Below, piece after piece: positions 10,260 through 22,298 of a stretch of DNA of 64,000 nt (positions within the stretch are counted from its first letter, which is position 1; every line of letters begins with the position of its first letter). The DNA comes from Candidatus Zestomicrobium tamdykulense. GTDB lineage: Archaea > Thermoproteota > Thermoprotei_A > Sulfolobales > NBVN01. The stretch lies in NCBI GenBank assembly GCA_039889305.1, contig JAVVFV010000005.1, positions 21,358 through 85,357 on the forward strand, in the 5' to 3' direction. Below the pieces are notes generated by a model. That model saw only the letters and a program-made list of their open reading frames with translations. It did not search any database and was not told the origin of the DNA. A program made the position numbers and the translations under genes.

Positions 10260-10590
10260 GCCTTTTTAATGTTCTCCATTTAGTAATCCCCAGCATTCAT
10301 TTTACGAAAGGTTGTTCCCGCAACTTATATTTATGTTTTTTAAGACAATAGGACAAATCCCGTATGATTAGCTAATCAAAAGATAGGTTTAGGAAGAAGA
10401 ATAATGAACTAATTATCTAATTTTGTCGAAGTATATTCTTAGCTCTTGTCTCTGTAAGGTTGTGTCGGGTTCAGAAGCCTGGTCGACATCATTTAGTCAG
10501 GCCTTACAAGGTTCATCATTCGTGATTAGGTTCCTTACATTGCTTATAAAGTATTGAGATTTAGATAGTCTTGTTGACGTAAGACTATAT

Positions 10591-11220
10591 TTATTTGTTT
10601 ATTCTTAATGACTCTATTGTTTCTTTATTCACCATGGTTGATGCTTCCTGGTACCCTGCTTCGAAGAGCCTAATATTGAGTTCTCTAGTTCCTAGTTTGA
10701 GGACTTCGTTCAGTACTGTGTTCTTACTACTTATTATTGTTGCTTTCTCCAGGATGTAGGTCACGAACCCCAACATAACTACGTTAGCTCCTATAGTGCT
10801 GCCAAGCTTTAATGATATGTCAGATGCAGCAACTAGGTAGAAGTGCGGGGTTGTTTTCTTTATGCTACTGATTAATTCTTCTCTTGGGGGAATCTTCACA
10901 CCAGGTAATGATGGTCTGATGATCTTGTCATTAACTACCGATACTGTTTTCACGTTATGGAAGTAGGAGTATCTGGCTGCCTCAATAAGCTCCATCGATA
11001 TATGTAGGTTTACGTCGTCTTCAGGTGGTAAGGGCGCCATAATGGAATTCCCTATCCTCAAGAAAACTGTTACTGAACCTCCTCTCTGACTTAGTCCATG
11101 AATCTCTGATATTATTACTTTCAAGCCCTCATTAAGTGCTGCCTGACCCAATACTCTTGAAAGGGTTAATAATCCTTGACCACCAACTCCTGAGATCAAG
11201 GTGTTGAGCACCATACTCAC
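10591..11220 (-). CDS. iorB: Indolepyruvate:ferredoxin oxidoreductase subunit beta
   Basis: N-terminus ISGVGGQGLLT...SEIHGLSQRGG, typical of the 2-oxoacid:Fd oxidoreductase gamma-like/IorB fold. It overlaps the iorA stop by 4 nt. Confidence 0.85.
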   Translation of the reverse strand: MSMVLNTLISGVGGQGLLTLSRVLGQAALNEGLKVIISEIHGLSQRGGSVTVFLRIGNSIMAPLPPEDDVNLHISMELIEAARYSYFHNVKTVSVVNDKIIRPSLPGVKIPPREELISSIKKTTPHFYLVAASDISLKLGSTIGANVVMLGFVTYILEKATIISSKNTVLNEVLKLGTRELNIRLFEAGYQEASTMVNKETIESLRINK

Positions 11221-13112
11221 CTCCAGAACTTCTCAACCTCTTCTTTATCGTACTCTTTCTGAGGGATTATAGCTTTAGTTGGACATACCTGAGCACACGC
11301 ACCACAACCAATACATAGTTCTGGGTCGATCCACGCTTTCTTATTACTTCTAGGCATTATTGCTGGGCAGACAAACCAGTCATAACAGATACCGCAACCA
11401 ATACACTTATCTTCTAAGACTACGTAAGGAACTATCTCGACACCAGCTCTCCTAATATCTCTAATAACCTCCAGCGCGCACCTCCTCCTAGCAATTATGA
11501 CTGCCGGTTCCATATTTTCTCTGACGTAACTTAATGCCTTCTTGGTGACCTCCCTAACAGTCTTGATATCAAAGGGATCTATAACCTCAACAAACCTAAC
11601 ACCAAGTCCTGAAACCACGTTCTCTATAGGTATGTAGCGTGTTCCCTCACCGTCCTTGCTTGAAGGGGTTGGCTGATGACCTGTCATGGCAGTTATCTCA
11701 TTATCTAGTATTATTACAATTAGTGGTTTCCTATGCCATACAGCGTTCACGAGTGGTGGTAAGCCTGCATGATAGAATGTGGAATCACCTATTATAGCTA
11801 TCACGTTATCGTCTGTGGTTATGCTGAGACCATATCCAACCCCTATACTACTCCCCATCTCAATTATTATGTCCTGCATCCTGTATGGTGGGTTATACCC
11901 TAGCGAGTAACATCCTATGTCTCCTGAAGCGATGTAAGGTATTTTTTCTTGATTAACTAGTCTCCTTAACTCAAAGAATAGCGGCCTGTAGGGGCATCCT
12001 GGACAGAATGTAGGTATTCTATTAGGCACGTTAACTACGGGTTGGTTAAGTGTTTGAGGAGCTGAGTAATTAAGTCCTAAGAATTTAGCTATAGCTTTCC
12101 TGACTCTCAAATGATTTAACTCAAACTCGTAACCTACTAGGTCCTTACCTCTAACTTCTGCCTCAATCCTAGAATCATGAAGTACTGACTTAACGTTAGT
12201 CTCTACTAGTGAGTCGAGCTCCTCAATAACAAGTATCCTGTCAACCTCCTCAGCAGCTTCTATGAGTAGCTTCTTAGGTAACGGTACAGGAGTCCCTATC
12301 TTAAGAACTTTGACTTTATCCCTAATCTTGAAGTAGTCGAGTGCTTCCATCACGTAACTATACGCACCACCTGAAGCTATGATTAATTCTTTTCCATCAC
12401 CTTCAATCCTATTAAACGGGACTTCATTAACTACCTCAGAGATCGCGTCCCACTTCTCAAGTAACCTAATCTTGTTTTTCCTGGCAATAGCAGGCACAAC
12501 AACAAACCTGTCTTCTTTATTAAATTTCCCCCTAACCCTTACTTCCGGTATAGGCCCTAACTCTACAACCCCCCTACTGTGACTCACTCTAGTAGTAGTA
12601 CGCAGTATTACTGGGTGCTTAAACCTTCTGCTGAATTCAAAAACATACTTAGTCATCTTTTTTGCTTCATCAGCCTCGAAAGGCTCGAAAACAGGTATGT
12701 ATGCGTGAACCCCATACCACCTGTTGTCTTGCTCATTCTGACTACTATGCATGCTGGGATCATCAGCCGTAACAATAACCAAAGCTCCCTCGACACCTGT
12801 ATAGGCGGAACTCATTAAGGGATCTGCAGCGACATTCATGCCTACATGCTTCATAGCGGTTAACGCGTTAATGCCTGCTAAGGAAGCACCGTAAGCTGCC
12901 TCGAAAGCTACTTTCTCATTCACGCTCCACTCCGCATGGATACCGACAACATCTTTCACTGAAACCAGAGCCTCTAGAATTTCTGATGATGGTGTGCCTG
13001 GATACGCAGCAGCAAACCCTAAACCACCCTCTAAAGCTCCGCGAGCTATCGCCTCATTACCTAATAGCAAGTACCTACCACTACTTACACCCACAAGAGA
13101 CTTAAAACTCAT
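11217..13112 (-). CDS. iorA: Indolepyruvate:ferredoxin oxidoreductase subunit alpha
   Basis: 631 aa. TPP-binding region GDIGCY...GDSTFYH. Two C-terminal ferredoxin motifs, CIGCGICYDWFVCP and CIGCGACAQVCP. Confidence 0.88.
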   Translation of the reverse strand: MSFKSLVGVSSGRYLLLGNEAIARGALEGGLGFAAAYPGTPSSEILEALVSVKDVVGIHAEWSVNEKVAFEAAYGASLAGINALTAMKHVGMNVAADPLMSSAYTGVEGALVIVTADDPSMHSSQNEQDNRWYGVHAYIPVFEPFEADEAKKMTKYVFEFSRRFKHPVILRTTTRVSHSRGVVELGPIPEVRVRGKFNKEDRFVVVPAIARKNKIRLLEKWDAISEVVNEVPFNRIEGDGKELIIASGGAYSYVMEALDYFKIRDKVKVLKIGTPVPLPKKLLIEAAEEVDRILVIEELDSLVETNVKSVLHDSRIEAEVRGKDLVGYEFELNHLRVRKAIAKFLGLNYSAPQTLNQPVVNVPNRIPTFCPGCPYRPLFFELRRLVNQEKIPYIASGDIGCYSLGYNPPYRMQDIIIEMGSSIGVGYGLSITTDDNVIAIIGDSTFYHAGLPPLVNAVWHRKPLIVIILDNEITAMTGHQPTPSSKDGEGTRYIPIENVVSGLGVRFVEVIDPFDIKTVREVTKKALSYVRENMEPAVIIARRRCALEVIRDIRRAGVEIVPYVVLEDKCIGCGICYDWFVCPAIMPRSNKKAWIDPELCIGCGACAQVCPTKAIIPQKEYDKEEVEKFWR

Positions 13113-13280
13113 TGAGTTAGACCCCGTATAAAACCATATCAGAGAAAATAAGTACTACCGTGTTTAAACACTTCTTATTAATTTATATGGAAATCATGAT
13201 AAAGTCTTGAACTAGTTATATATTGTGTGAGTACTCAATAGTATAGCACAAAATACGAAATAAATGGTGTTTACGAGTAC

Positions 13281-14897
<1,617 letters not shown>

Positions 14898-16433
14898 TCA
14901 CCCCACATTACTTAAGTCACCTCTTAATTCCTTTACCCTCAAAGCAGTCTTGAGTGGTTCTTTAAGAACTTGAGGTATGTATTTAATTATGTTCGTGGGT
15001 GAGGACCTACCATCAATTAAGTAAGCTAGCTCGCCAGCAACAGCGTTAACGAATGCAGCTATAGAAGCTGCTCTAAACGGGTCTTTAGCTCTTACGAGTG
15101 ACGTAGCTACAAGACCTGTTAATACGTCACCAGTCCCCCCACAACTCATGTCTTGATGACCTACACCAGTACGTATCTTGAAGTTGCCGTCAGGCGACAT
15201 TATAATATCTACGTAGCCTTTCAGAATTAAGGTTGCCTTATAACGTTCTACTATGTTCTTGGTTATATTAATCCTGGTTTCTACAGTGTCTTCAGAAATA
15301 AGGAGGCTGGGTTCGATCCCCAAAAGCATAGCAGCCTCACCTAAGTGAGGAGTCATAATAACCTCAATCCCTGTGAAGTCCTCCCCACTAGCTAGTTTCA
15401 GAGCATCAGCATCTAAGACTAAAGGCTTCCTGACTTCGCGGATCGTGTTCAACAAAGCCTTAACAAAACCTCTAGTTTCTTCCCTGATGCCTAGACCAGG
15501 ACCCGAAACTACTACATCAGCTTTCTTCATCACCCCCATAACCTCCTTAAGAGAATCTTTGGTTAGGTAATCACCCTCGAGAGGCAGACCTATTACTTCA
15601 GGGGAGAATCTCGACTTAAGCACGTATTCTGGCGCCGCCAAATAAACTAAGTCAGCACCACCAGCCCACGCACCTAACGCAGTTAACCACGGAGCACCAA
15701 CGAACTCCTTAGAACCTGTTATAACTAAAATCTTTCCTCCATCACCTTTCTTAGCTTTCAAGTCTTTCTTCCTAAACCAGACCTCCACATCACCTGGTCC
15801 AACAACTCTTAACGTGTTGGGTGGTAAACCTATGTTTACCGTTATTAGTTTGCCGACCACGTCAGGCGCTTTAAGAAGGCCGGGCTTAGGAGCTACTAAA
15901 GTGACTGTAACATCTGCTCTAACCACATCTCCAGGCGCTTCTCCTGTGTCTGGGTTAAGTCCCGACGGAACATCTATAGCTACCTTAATCCCTCTGGAAC
16001 TATTTATTGCTTTTATTGCGTCAGCATAAATACCCTTAGGTGCTCCCTTCACACCTATCCCTAAAAGCCCGTCAACTACTACGTCGTGGTTTAGTGATGT
16101 GCCGGCTTCATACTCGTGAATTATGACGTTATGTTGATTCTCAAGAATCTTGAGATTTTCTCTCGCGTCCTCATGTCTTATAATTTTCGAGACTAGGTAG
16201 ACATGCACCTCATAATCTTCCGCAGCGAGGTGTCTGGCAGCGACGAAGGAGTCTCCCGCCTTACCACCACTACCAGCGATCACGGCTACCTTGCACGGCT
16301 TATCATTAGTCAAGTCTTTAATTACTCTCGCGACACTTGCTCCTGCATTCTCCATGAGGAGTCTCGTGCTGACGCCCCAGAAGACTGAGTTTATGTCTGC
16401 GGCTCTTACTTCATCACTACTGAGGGTTCTCAA
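14898..16433 (-). CDS. nnr: Bifunctional NAD(P)H-hydrate repair enzyme Nnr (epimerase + ADP-dependent dehydratase)
   Basis: YjeF_N part (LMENAGASV, AGSGGKAGD) fused to a carbohydrate-kinase part (GGTGDVLTG). Confidence 0.88.
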   Translation of the reverse strand: MRTLSSDEVRAADINSVFWGVSTRLLMENAGASVARVIKDLTNDKPCKVAVIAGSGGKAGDSFVAARHLAAEDYEVHVYLVSKIIRHEDARENLKILENQHNVIIHEYEAGTSLNHDVVVDGLLGIGVKGAPKGIYADAIKAINSSRGIKVAIDVPSGLNPDTGEAPGDVVRADVTVTLVAPKPGLLKAPDVVGKLITVNIGLPPNTLRVVGPGDVEVWFRKKDLKAKKGDGGKILVITGSKEFVGAPWLTALGAWAGGADLVYLAAPEYVLKSRFSPEVIGLPLEGDYLTKDSLKEVMGVMKKADVVVSGPGLGIREETRGFVKALLNTIREVRKPLVLDADALKLASGEDFTGIEVIMTPHLGEAAMLLGIEPSLLISEDTVETRINITKNIVERYKATLILKGYVDIIMSPDGNFKIRTGVGHQDMSCGGTGDVLTGLVATSLVRAKDPFRAASIAAFVNAVAGELAYLIDGRSSPTNIIKYIPQVLKEPLKTALRVKELRGDLSNVG

Positions 16434-16506
16434 TTCGCCCCTACCTAATTATTATGACTCCATGTTTTTAAGGCTATCTAAGATATGAAGAATAATAACA
16501 GGCTGA

Positions 16507-19500
16507 ATGATGTTAAGTACTAGTGTGTCTGAGTTAATGTTAATGAAGTCTTTAATGTTTTCAAGACTTAACTCAGGTCGTGACTCAATACATGCGGAGC
16601 TCTTGAGAGAGGAGATGAGTAGGTTCACTGAGTTTTTCTCGGCAGTTACTGGCGGGAAAGTATTGTGGAGTATTCAGAAGACTTGGGCTAAGAGAATCTT
16701 GTCAGGAGAATCTTTCGCTCTAATAGCTCCTACAGGAGTAGGTAAGTCCACATTACTCCAGATTTACTCCCTATACATAGCTTCCAAAAACAAGCCAGTA
16801 ATATACGTAGTACCTACTAAGTACCTAGCTAACCAAGTCTTGAGAGTTCTTAATGATCTTAACCCAGGAGATATTCAGGTACGTGATTCCGAAGCTATTA
16901 AGCTTAATGAATCTCCTTCGGGGAAGAGGATTGATGTGATCACGCACGCGCTCCTACATAGAAACAAGAAATTATTTGAGGGTTTCAGATACTACTTGGC
17001 AGTAATTGATGATTTTGATGCGTTACTTAAGTCTTCATCATTAATGAACACCATACTGAGCCTGGTAGGAATTTCTGAGGAGTCTATCAAGATAGCTCAG
17101 AAGCTTGTTCTAGCTAAGAAAGAACTACTTTACTGCAAGTATGGTGGGAACCCAGAGAAAATTGAGGAAATACTCAAGAATATTAATGAGCTGGAGTTAA
17201 GTCTCGGTAAGAGTCTTAATTACGTGAGTGTTGGTCAGATACTAATAGCTAGTGCTACCGGGAGAGGTAAGGGAGAGAGAGTAAAGGTTTTGCGCGAGTT
17301 ATTAGGTTTTGAGGTAGGTTCCATAACTGATTATTTAAGGAATATCGTGGAGGTAATTGAGCCTTTAGGTAGTGTGAGGCTAGAAGAACTAATTAAGAAG
17401 CTGCATAGAGGAACCTTATTATTTGTTAGTAAAGACATGGGAGTAGAGAAAGCTAAAGAAATTGCTGCGTATCTTGCTAATTCTGGTGTGAGAGTCTTAG
17501 TAGCTGGTAGTAGGAGAGCAATAAATAAATTAAGAGAGAATAAAGTTGACGTCTTAGTAGGTGTTTCTAGTTATTACGGCATACTGACTAGAGGTCTTGA
17601 TGAGCCGCTCCATGTATATAACACTATTTTTTACGGGATACCTAAGTTTAAGCTAGACCTAGACTCAACTCTGCTTAACCCGTTAACACTGATTAAGTTG
17701 ATTAAGGAGTTACCTGCTTACGGGTATGTCCAGCAAGAAGAAGATAAGCAGTTAGTAAATAAGGTATTGTCGTTAAGGCCTGGAGCTCTTAAAGTACTTA
17801 CTCAGGGTTTACGAGGTATCATACAGCTAGAAGGTTTCTTGAGAGACTTAAGTATAGAGGTACTTAAAGCTCGGGAGAGGCTTAGAGAAGCTATTGATGA
17901 TGCTCTAACCAAGAATTCTGGTAAGGTAGTTTTGAGTTCTTTTGTTATTAGGGAAGATGAGAAAGGGAAGGTAGCTGTTTTGATTCCTGACGTAATGACG
18001 TATCTTCAGGCTTCAGGCCGTAGTAGTAGACTTTACGGCGGTCACATGACTTTAGGTTTATCTGTGGTTCTTTATGATGACGAGGATCTTCTTAAGATCT
18101 TCCAGAGAAAACTGCGTTACGTATTAACTAGCTACGCGCCCGTTAAATTAGGTGAGGTTGACTTAGCAGAAGTTATTGAGAAACAACAACACAGTAGGTC
18201 TAGTTCTGCTAATGAGTCCGTCCTAGACAAGATTAAGTCTGTGTTAATTATTGTTGAGTCTCCTACTAAGGCTAGAACAATAGCTAAGATGTTTGGAGTG
18301 CCTGGCAAGAGGTTTATAGGGAATTACGTAGCTTACGAAACTGTCATAACTTATGATGGTGAGGTCTTCCTAGCTACTATAGCGCCTAGCATGGGGCATG
18401 TCCTTGACCTAGTTAATGATGAAGGACTTCACGGCATCTCTATATCAGGCTCTAACATATCACCAATATATACTACGATAAAGAGGTGTGCTGGTTGTGG
18501 CTACCAGTTTACTGAAGAACTCCAGACATGCCCTAGGTGTGGGTCCGTCAGACTTAGAGATAGTAGGAAAGTCTTAGAAGCACTTAAGAAGATAGCTAGG
18601 GAGGTTGATGAGGTCTACATAGCTACAGATCCTGATGATGAAGGTGAGAAAATCGCTTATGACCTGCACGCGGTGTTGAGTTCTGTGAACCCGCGGATTT
18701 ACAGAATAGAGTTCCACGAGATTACTAAACACGCGGTTCTTAAAGCTTTAAACAACCCTAGAAATATTGATTTACTCAAAGTTAGTGCTCAGATTGTTAG
18801 GAGAGTTGATGATCGGTTAGTAGGTTTTGAGCTAAGCAAGATACTTCAGGAAGACCTCGGTAAGAAGTGGTTGGGTGGTGGGAGAGTCCAGACACCTGTT
18901 CTAAGGTGGGTTGTTGAGAGATTCGTAGAACACGAGAATAGTAAGGGCTACCTACTCAGAATTTACTTACCTAACAATCTCAGAATAGACTACTTCTTGG
19001 AGGATCGTGGAGAGGCTGAAGAACTCCGTGATGAGGTTAGCAGGTCTGGTGTAGTAGTTCATGTTTTGGAGACTTTCGAGAAGGAGGTGAGTCCCCCACC
19101 ACCCTACAGCACAGACACTCTATTAACTGACGTTGTTAGGGAGTTGAGGCTCCCGCCAACACACGCTATGAGGGTAGCTCAAGATCTTTTTGAGTCTGGC
19201 TACATAACTTACCACAGAACAGATAGCACACACGTTTCTAGTCTAGGAGTAGATATCGCGAGAGAATATGTGGAGAGGTCGGGTCTTTCAGAATTGTTTG
19301 CCCCGAGAACTTGGGGTGCTGAAGGAACTCACGAGTGTATAAGACCTACTAAACCTGCTGACAGTATTGATGAGGATGAGATTTTCACTAATAAATTAAC
19401 ACATATTCATAAGAAGATATATCAAATGATATTCAGGCGTTTCATAGCTAGTCAGTTAAAACCTTCTAGGGTATTTTATGGTAAGATTAGGGTATGCTTA

Positions 19501-20010
19501 GGTAATAAGCAGGTAGAGCTTGAGATCCCTCTCAAGATTCTCAGAGAAGGGTTTACTAGGGTTTATTCGATACGGACTTACGGGGACTTGACCGGGATTG
19601 AGAGATATGTCCCGACTAAGGTGGAAGTAGTTAGTGCTTCTAAAGTCCCGTTACTTACGTCAGCAGACATCATAAGAATGATGAAGGAGTACAGGATAGG
19701 TAGGCCGAGCACTTATGCTAAAGCTGTAGAAAATAATTTGAGGCATGGTTACCTCATACTTTCGAAAAAGAAACAATACTTGATACCTACTAAAACAGGT
19801 ATTGAGGTACTCAAGTATATTCGGGAGAGATTCGATGTTTTGTCTAACGTGGAGTTTACTAGACACTTAGAGTCGCTAGTGGAGGGTGTTAAGTCAGGCA
19901 GGATATCCCTAAACGCTGCGTTAACATATTTATTGAGTGACGTCATAGTTCTTAGGACTGTTCGAGAAGCTTCCAAGACTTACACAGAGTATAATGAGGT
20001 ACTCGCCTGA
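16507..20010 (+). CDS. rgy: Reverse gyrase
   Basis: 1167 aa. Helicase-like module (QKTWAKRIL..APTGVGKS, VIDDFD) fused to a topoisomerase IA module (TOPRIM IVESPTKA, DPDDEGE, catalytic ITYHRTDS). Internal zinc ribbon CAGCG..CPRCG. The exact start is uncertain. Confidence 0.95.
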   Translation: MMLSTSVSELMLMKSLMFSRLNSGRDSIHAELLREEMSRFTEFFSAVTGGKVLWSIQKTWAKRILSGESFALIAPTGVGKSTLLQIYSLYIASKNKPVIYVVPTKYLANQVLRVLNDLNPGDIQVRDSEAIKLNESPSGKRIDVITHALLHRNKKLFEGFRYYLAVIDDFDALLKSSSLMNTILSLVGISEESIKIAQKLVLAKKELLYCKYGGNPEKIEEILKNINELELSLGKSLNYVSVGQILIASATGRGKGERVKVLRELLGFEVGSITDYLRNIVEVIEPLGSVRLEELIKKLHRGTLLFVSKDMGVEKAKEIAAYLANSGVRVLVAGSRRAINKLRENKVDVLVGVSSYYGILTRGLDEPLHVYNTIFYGIPKFKLDLDSTLLNPLTLIKLIKELPAYGYVQQEEDKQLVNKVLSLRPGALKVLTQGLRGIIQLEGFLRDLSIEVLKARERLREAIDDALTKNSGKVVLSSFVIREDEKGKVAVLIPDVMTYLQASGRSSRLYGGHMTLGLSVVLYDDEDLLKIFQRKLRYVLTSYAPVKLGEVDLAEVIEKQQHSRSSSANESVLDKIKSVLIIVESPTKARTIAKMFGVPGKRFIGNYVAYETVITYDGEVFLATIAPSMGHVLDLVNDEGLHGISISGSNISPIYTTIKRCAGCGYQFTEELQTCPRCGSVRLRDSRKVLEALKKIAREVDEVYIATDPDDEGEKIAYDLHAVLSSVNPRIYRIEFHEITKHAVLKALNNPRNIDLLKVSAQIVRRVDDRLVGFELSKILQEDLGKKWLGGGRVQTPVLRWVVERFVEHENSKGYLLRIYLPNNLRIDYFLEDRGEAEELRDEVSRSGVVVHVLETFEKEVSPPPPYSTDTLLTDVVRELRLPPTHAMRVAQDLFESGYITYHRTDSTHVSSLGVDIAREYVERSGLSELFAPRTWGAEGTHECIRPTKPADSIDEDEIFTNKLTHIHKKIYQMIFRRFIASQLKPSRVFYGKIRVCLGNKQVELEIPLKILREGFTRVYSIRTYGDLTGIERYVPTKVEVVSASKVPLLTSADIIRMMKEYRIGRPSTYAKAVENNLRHGYLILSKKKQYLIPTKTGIEVLKYIRERFDVLSNVEFTRHLESLVEGVKSGRISLNAALTYLLSDVIVLRTVREASKTYTEYNEVLA

Positions 20011-20123
20011 CTTACTAAACACCTGAAGTCAACTTAGTTATATTCTGTATGGTGAGTGAGTAATTAGTTCTAACCTTAACTTATAACTCTGTTTCAAGAT
20101 AATATTACTGAGGTGATACAGAT

Positions 20124-21293
20124 ATGTCACAAGAGAAAACTACTATTTCTGTTATTAAGGCGGATATAGGTTCTCTAGCCGGCCACCACATAGTTCATCC
20201 AGAGACTCTGGCTGTAGCGACTAAGGTTTTGGCTGAGGCGAAGTTTAAGGGTTTGATAATTGATTTCTACGTGACTAACGTTGGTGATGATCTCCAGTTA
20301 ATAATGACTCATAAGAAGGGAGTTGATGCGCCAGAAATACATGAGTTGGCTTGGAATGCGTTTAAGGAAGCTGCTAACGTTGCTAAGGATTTAGGACTCT
20401 ACGCTGCTGGTCAAGACCTACTTAGTGAGGCTTTCTCAGGTAATGTGAGGGGGTTAGGACCAGGAGTTGCTGAGATGGAGTTTGTTGAGAGGCCTTCCGA
20501 GCCCGTGGTTGTGTTTATGGCTGATAAGACTGAGCCAGGTGCCTTCAACCTACCTATGTATAGGATTTTCGCCGACCCCTTCAATACTGCTGGCTTAGTT
20601 ATTGATCCTAAGATACACGAAGGTTTTAAGTTCGAGATATTTGATGTCTTCGAGAATAAGGCCGTGATTTTATCAGCTCCTGAGGAATCTTACGATATCT
20701 TAGCACTCATAGGTACTCCAGGCAGGTTCATAGTGAGGAGGGTTTACAGGAAGCCTGATAACGAGATCGCTGCTGCAGTTAGTGTAGAGAGGCTGAGTTT
20801 AATGGCTGGTAGGTATGTTGGTAAGGACGACCCGGTAGCCGTAGTTAGGGCTCAGTCAGGATTCCCGGCAGTTGGTGAGGTGCTTGAGCCTTTCGCGTTC
20901 CCGCACTTAGTTGCTGGGTGGATGAGAGGTTCTCACCACGGCCCATTAATGCCTGTCTCTCAGAGACACGCTAAGTGTACGAGATTTGATGGCCCGCCGC
21001 GTGTCCTGGCACTCGGTTTTCAAGTCAAGAACGGGAAGCTGGTAGGTCCTGCCGACTTATTTGATGATGTAGCTTTTGATGAGTCACGTAGGATCGCGCA
21101 GCAAGTAGCTGACTATATGAGGAGACACGGACCATTCATGCCTCATAGACTAGGTCCTGAAGAAATGGAGTACACTACGCTGCCTTCAGTGCTTGAGAAG
21201 CTTAAGGATAGGTTCTTCGTGGAGAAGGCCTACGAAGTAAAGAAGCCTAAAATAACTACGTCGCTCTTGTCTGGAAAAGAAGAGAGAGACTAA
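20124..21293 (+). CDS. fbp: Fructose-1,6-bisphosphate aldolase/phosphatase (class V FBPase)
   Basis: TISVIKADIGSLAGHH N-terminus and about 389 aa, characteristic of the archaeal bifunctional FBPA/P. Confidence 0.95.
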   Translation: MSQEKTTISVIKADIGSLAGHHIVHPETLAVATKVLAEAKFKGLIIDFYVTNVGDDLQLIMTHKKGVDAPEIHELAWNAFKEAANVAKDLGLYAAGQDLLSEAFSGNVRGLGPGVAEMEFVERPSEPVVVFMADKTEPGAFNLPMYRIFADPFNTAGLVIDPKIHEGFKFEIFDVFENKAVILSAPEESYDILALIGTPGRFIVRRVYRKPDNEIAAAVSVERLSLMAGRYVGKDDPVAVVRAQSGFPAVGEVLEPFAFPHLVAGWMRGSHHGPLMPVSQRHAKCTRFDGPPRVLALGFQVKNGKLVGPADLFDDVAFDESRRIAQQVADYMRRHGPFMPHRLGPEEMEYTTLPSVLEKLKDRFFVEKAYEVKKPKITTSLLSGKEERD

Positions 21294-21363
21294 ATATATA
21301 GCTTCGGTGGATGGTAGTACGTTAGAATTAGGGGAATGTTGGGTTGGGAGTGTGAGGAAGCAG

Positions 21364-22050
21364 ATGTATGTTTTAGCTATAAACTTTAAGACTTACAAGA
21401 CTTCATACGGGTCGAGAGCTCTAAGCATAGCTAGGGAAGCAGACTCTGTAGCTAGAGAGTATAGTGACTTAGTGAGAGTGATTCTGTTGCCGCCAGCTAC
21501 TGAGATACTGAGGATAGTTAACGCTGTATCGCATAGTAGTGTTTTTGCTCAACACGTGGATCCTGTTGAGGAGGGTGCGTACACAGGCCACATAACGGCT
21601 GAGATGATTAAGGAGGCTGGAGCTACTGGAATCATGATTAATCATAGTGAGAAGAGACTTAGGTTAGATGAGATAAGCTTTGTTTTGGGTAAAGCACGTA
21701 AGTTAGGGTTAGAGACGCTTGTGTGTGCTGACACTCCTGAAGTAGCGGCAGCTATATCTGTCTTAAGTCCTCATATGCTCGCTATAGAGCCTCCTGAACT
21801 AATAGGTACTGGAATACCTGTCTCTAAAGCTAAGCCGGAAGTAGTGACAGGAACTGTTGCTAAGGTTAGGGAACTAAATAAAGAAGTTACTATACTTACT
21901 GGAGCAGGCATAACGACTGGAGATGATGTCACAGCAGCAATAAAACTAGGAACAGAAGGTGTTCTAGTAGCATCAGCAATCATGAAAGCTCAAGAACCTG
22001 GAAAAGTAATTAAGGAAATGACTGAATCAATCATGAAAGCTTTAAAATAA
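21364..22050 (+). CDS. tpiA: Triosephosphate isomerase (archaeal short type)
   Basis: LAINFKTY, INHSEKR, AIEPPELIGTG motifs. The ATG at 21364 gives about 228 aa, the typical archaeal length. Confidence 0.9.
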   Translation: MYVLAINFKTYKTSYGSRALSIAREADSVAREYSDLVRVILLPPATEILRIVNAVSHSSVFAQHVDPVEEGAYTGHITAEMIKEAGATGIMINHSEKRLRLDEISFVLGKARKLGLETLVCADTPEVAAAISVLSPHMLAIEPPELIGTGIPVSKAKPEVVTGTVAKVRELNKEVTILTGAGITTGDDVTAAIKLGTEGVLVASAIMKAQEPGKVIKEMTESIMKALK

Positions 22051-22161
22051 TGCTCTACTTAAGTCATTTTCTTTACTAATACTTCCAGAAAGACTCATAG
22101 GTTGATTTTATCAAATCTGTGTTGAGAAAGGTTTTGTTTGTGTAGGGGACCCGACCGGGTG

Positions 22162-22239
22162 TGGCGGGCCCGCCGGGATTTGAACCCGGGACCTCCGGCT
22201 TAGAAGGCCGGCGCTCTGTCCTAGCTGAGCTACGGGCCC
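22162..22239 (-). tRNA. tRNA-Arg(UCU), CCA encoded
   Basis: The reverse complement reads GGGCCCG-TA-GCTC..GAGC-G-CCGGC-CTTCTAA-GCCGG-AGGTC-CCGGG-TTCAAAT-CCCGG-CGGGCCC-G-CCA. Confidence 0.92.
22223..22239. repeat. attL core: direct repeat AGCTGAGCTACGGGCCC (nt 1-17 of tRNA-Arg)
   Basis: Identical 17-mer at 33883-33899. It extends to 21 bp with one mismatch. Confidence 0.8.
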
Positions 22240-22260
22240 GATTTTTTTACTATCCGAACA

Positions 22261-22270
22261 TTTATATATT
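22261..22270 (-). promoter_or_regulatory. Putative TATA box now serving tRNA-Arg, supplied by the integrated element
   Basis: The minus strand reads AATATATAAA, 22-31 nt upstream of tRNA nt 1 (22239). Confidence 0.4.
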
Positions 22271-22298
22271 TCTTCCTCTCCTGTTTTCTTGATGAGCC

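Noticed and set aside
10467-10479. GGGTTCAGAAGCC resembles the T-arm (GGGTTCAAATCCC) of the nearby tRNA-Leu and could be an att repeat bounding the glnA remnant.
   Set aside because: Only about 10 of 13 positions match and there is no extension on either side. That is too weak to call a direct repeat.
16503-16570. AATGATGT...CTGA near the reverse gyrase start looked like C and D' boxes of a C/D sRNA. GTGATGATGA at 35197 raised the same thought.
   Set aside because: The boxes are imperfect, no terminal D box or terminal stem lies at the right spacing, and both sites overlap start regions of well-supported genes.
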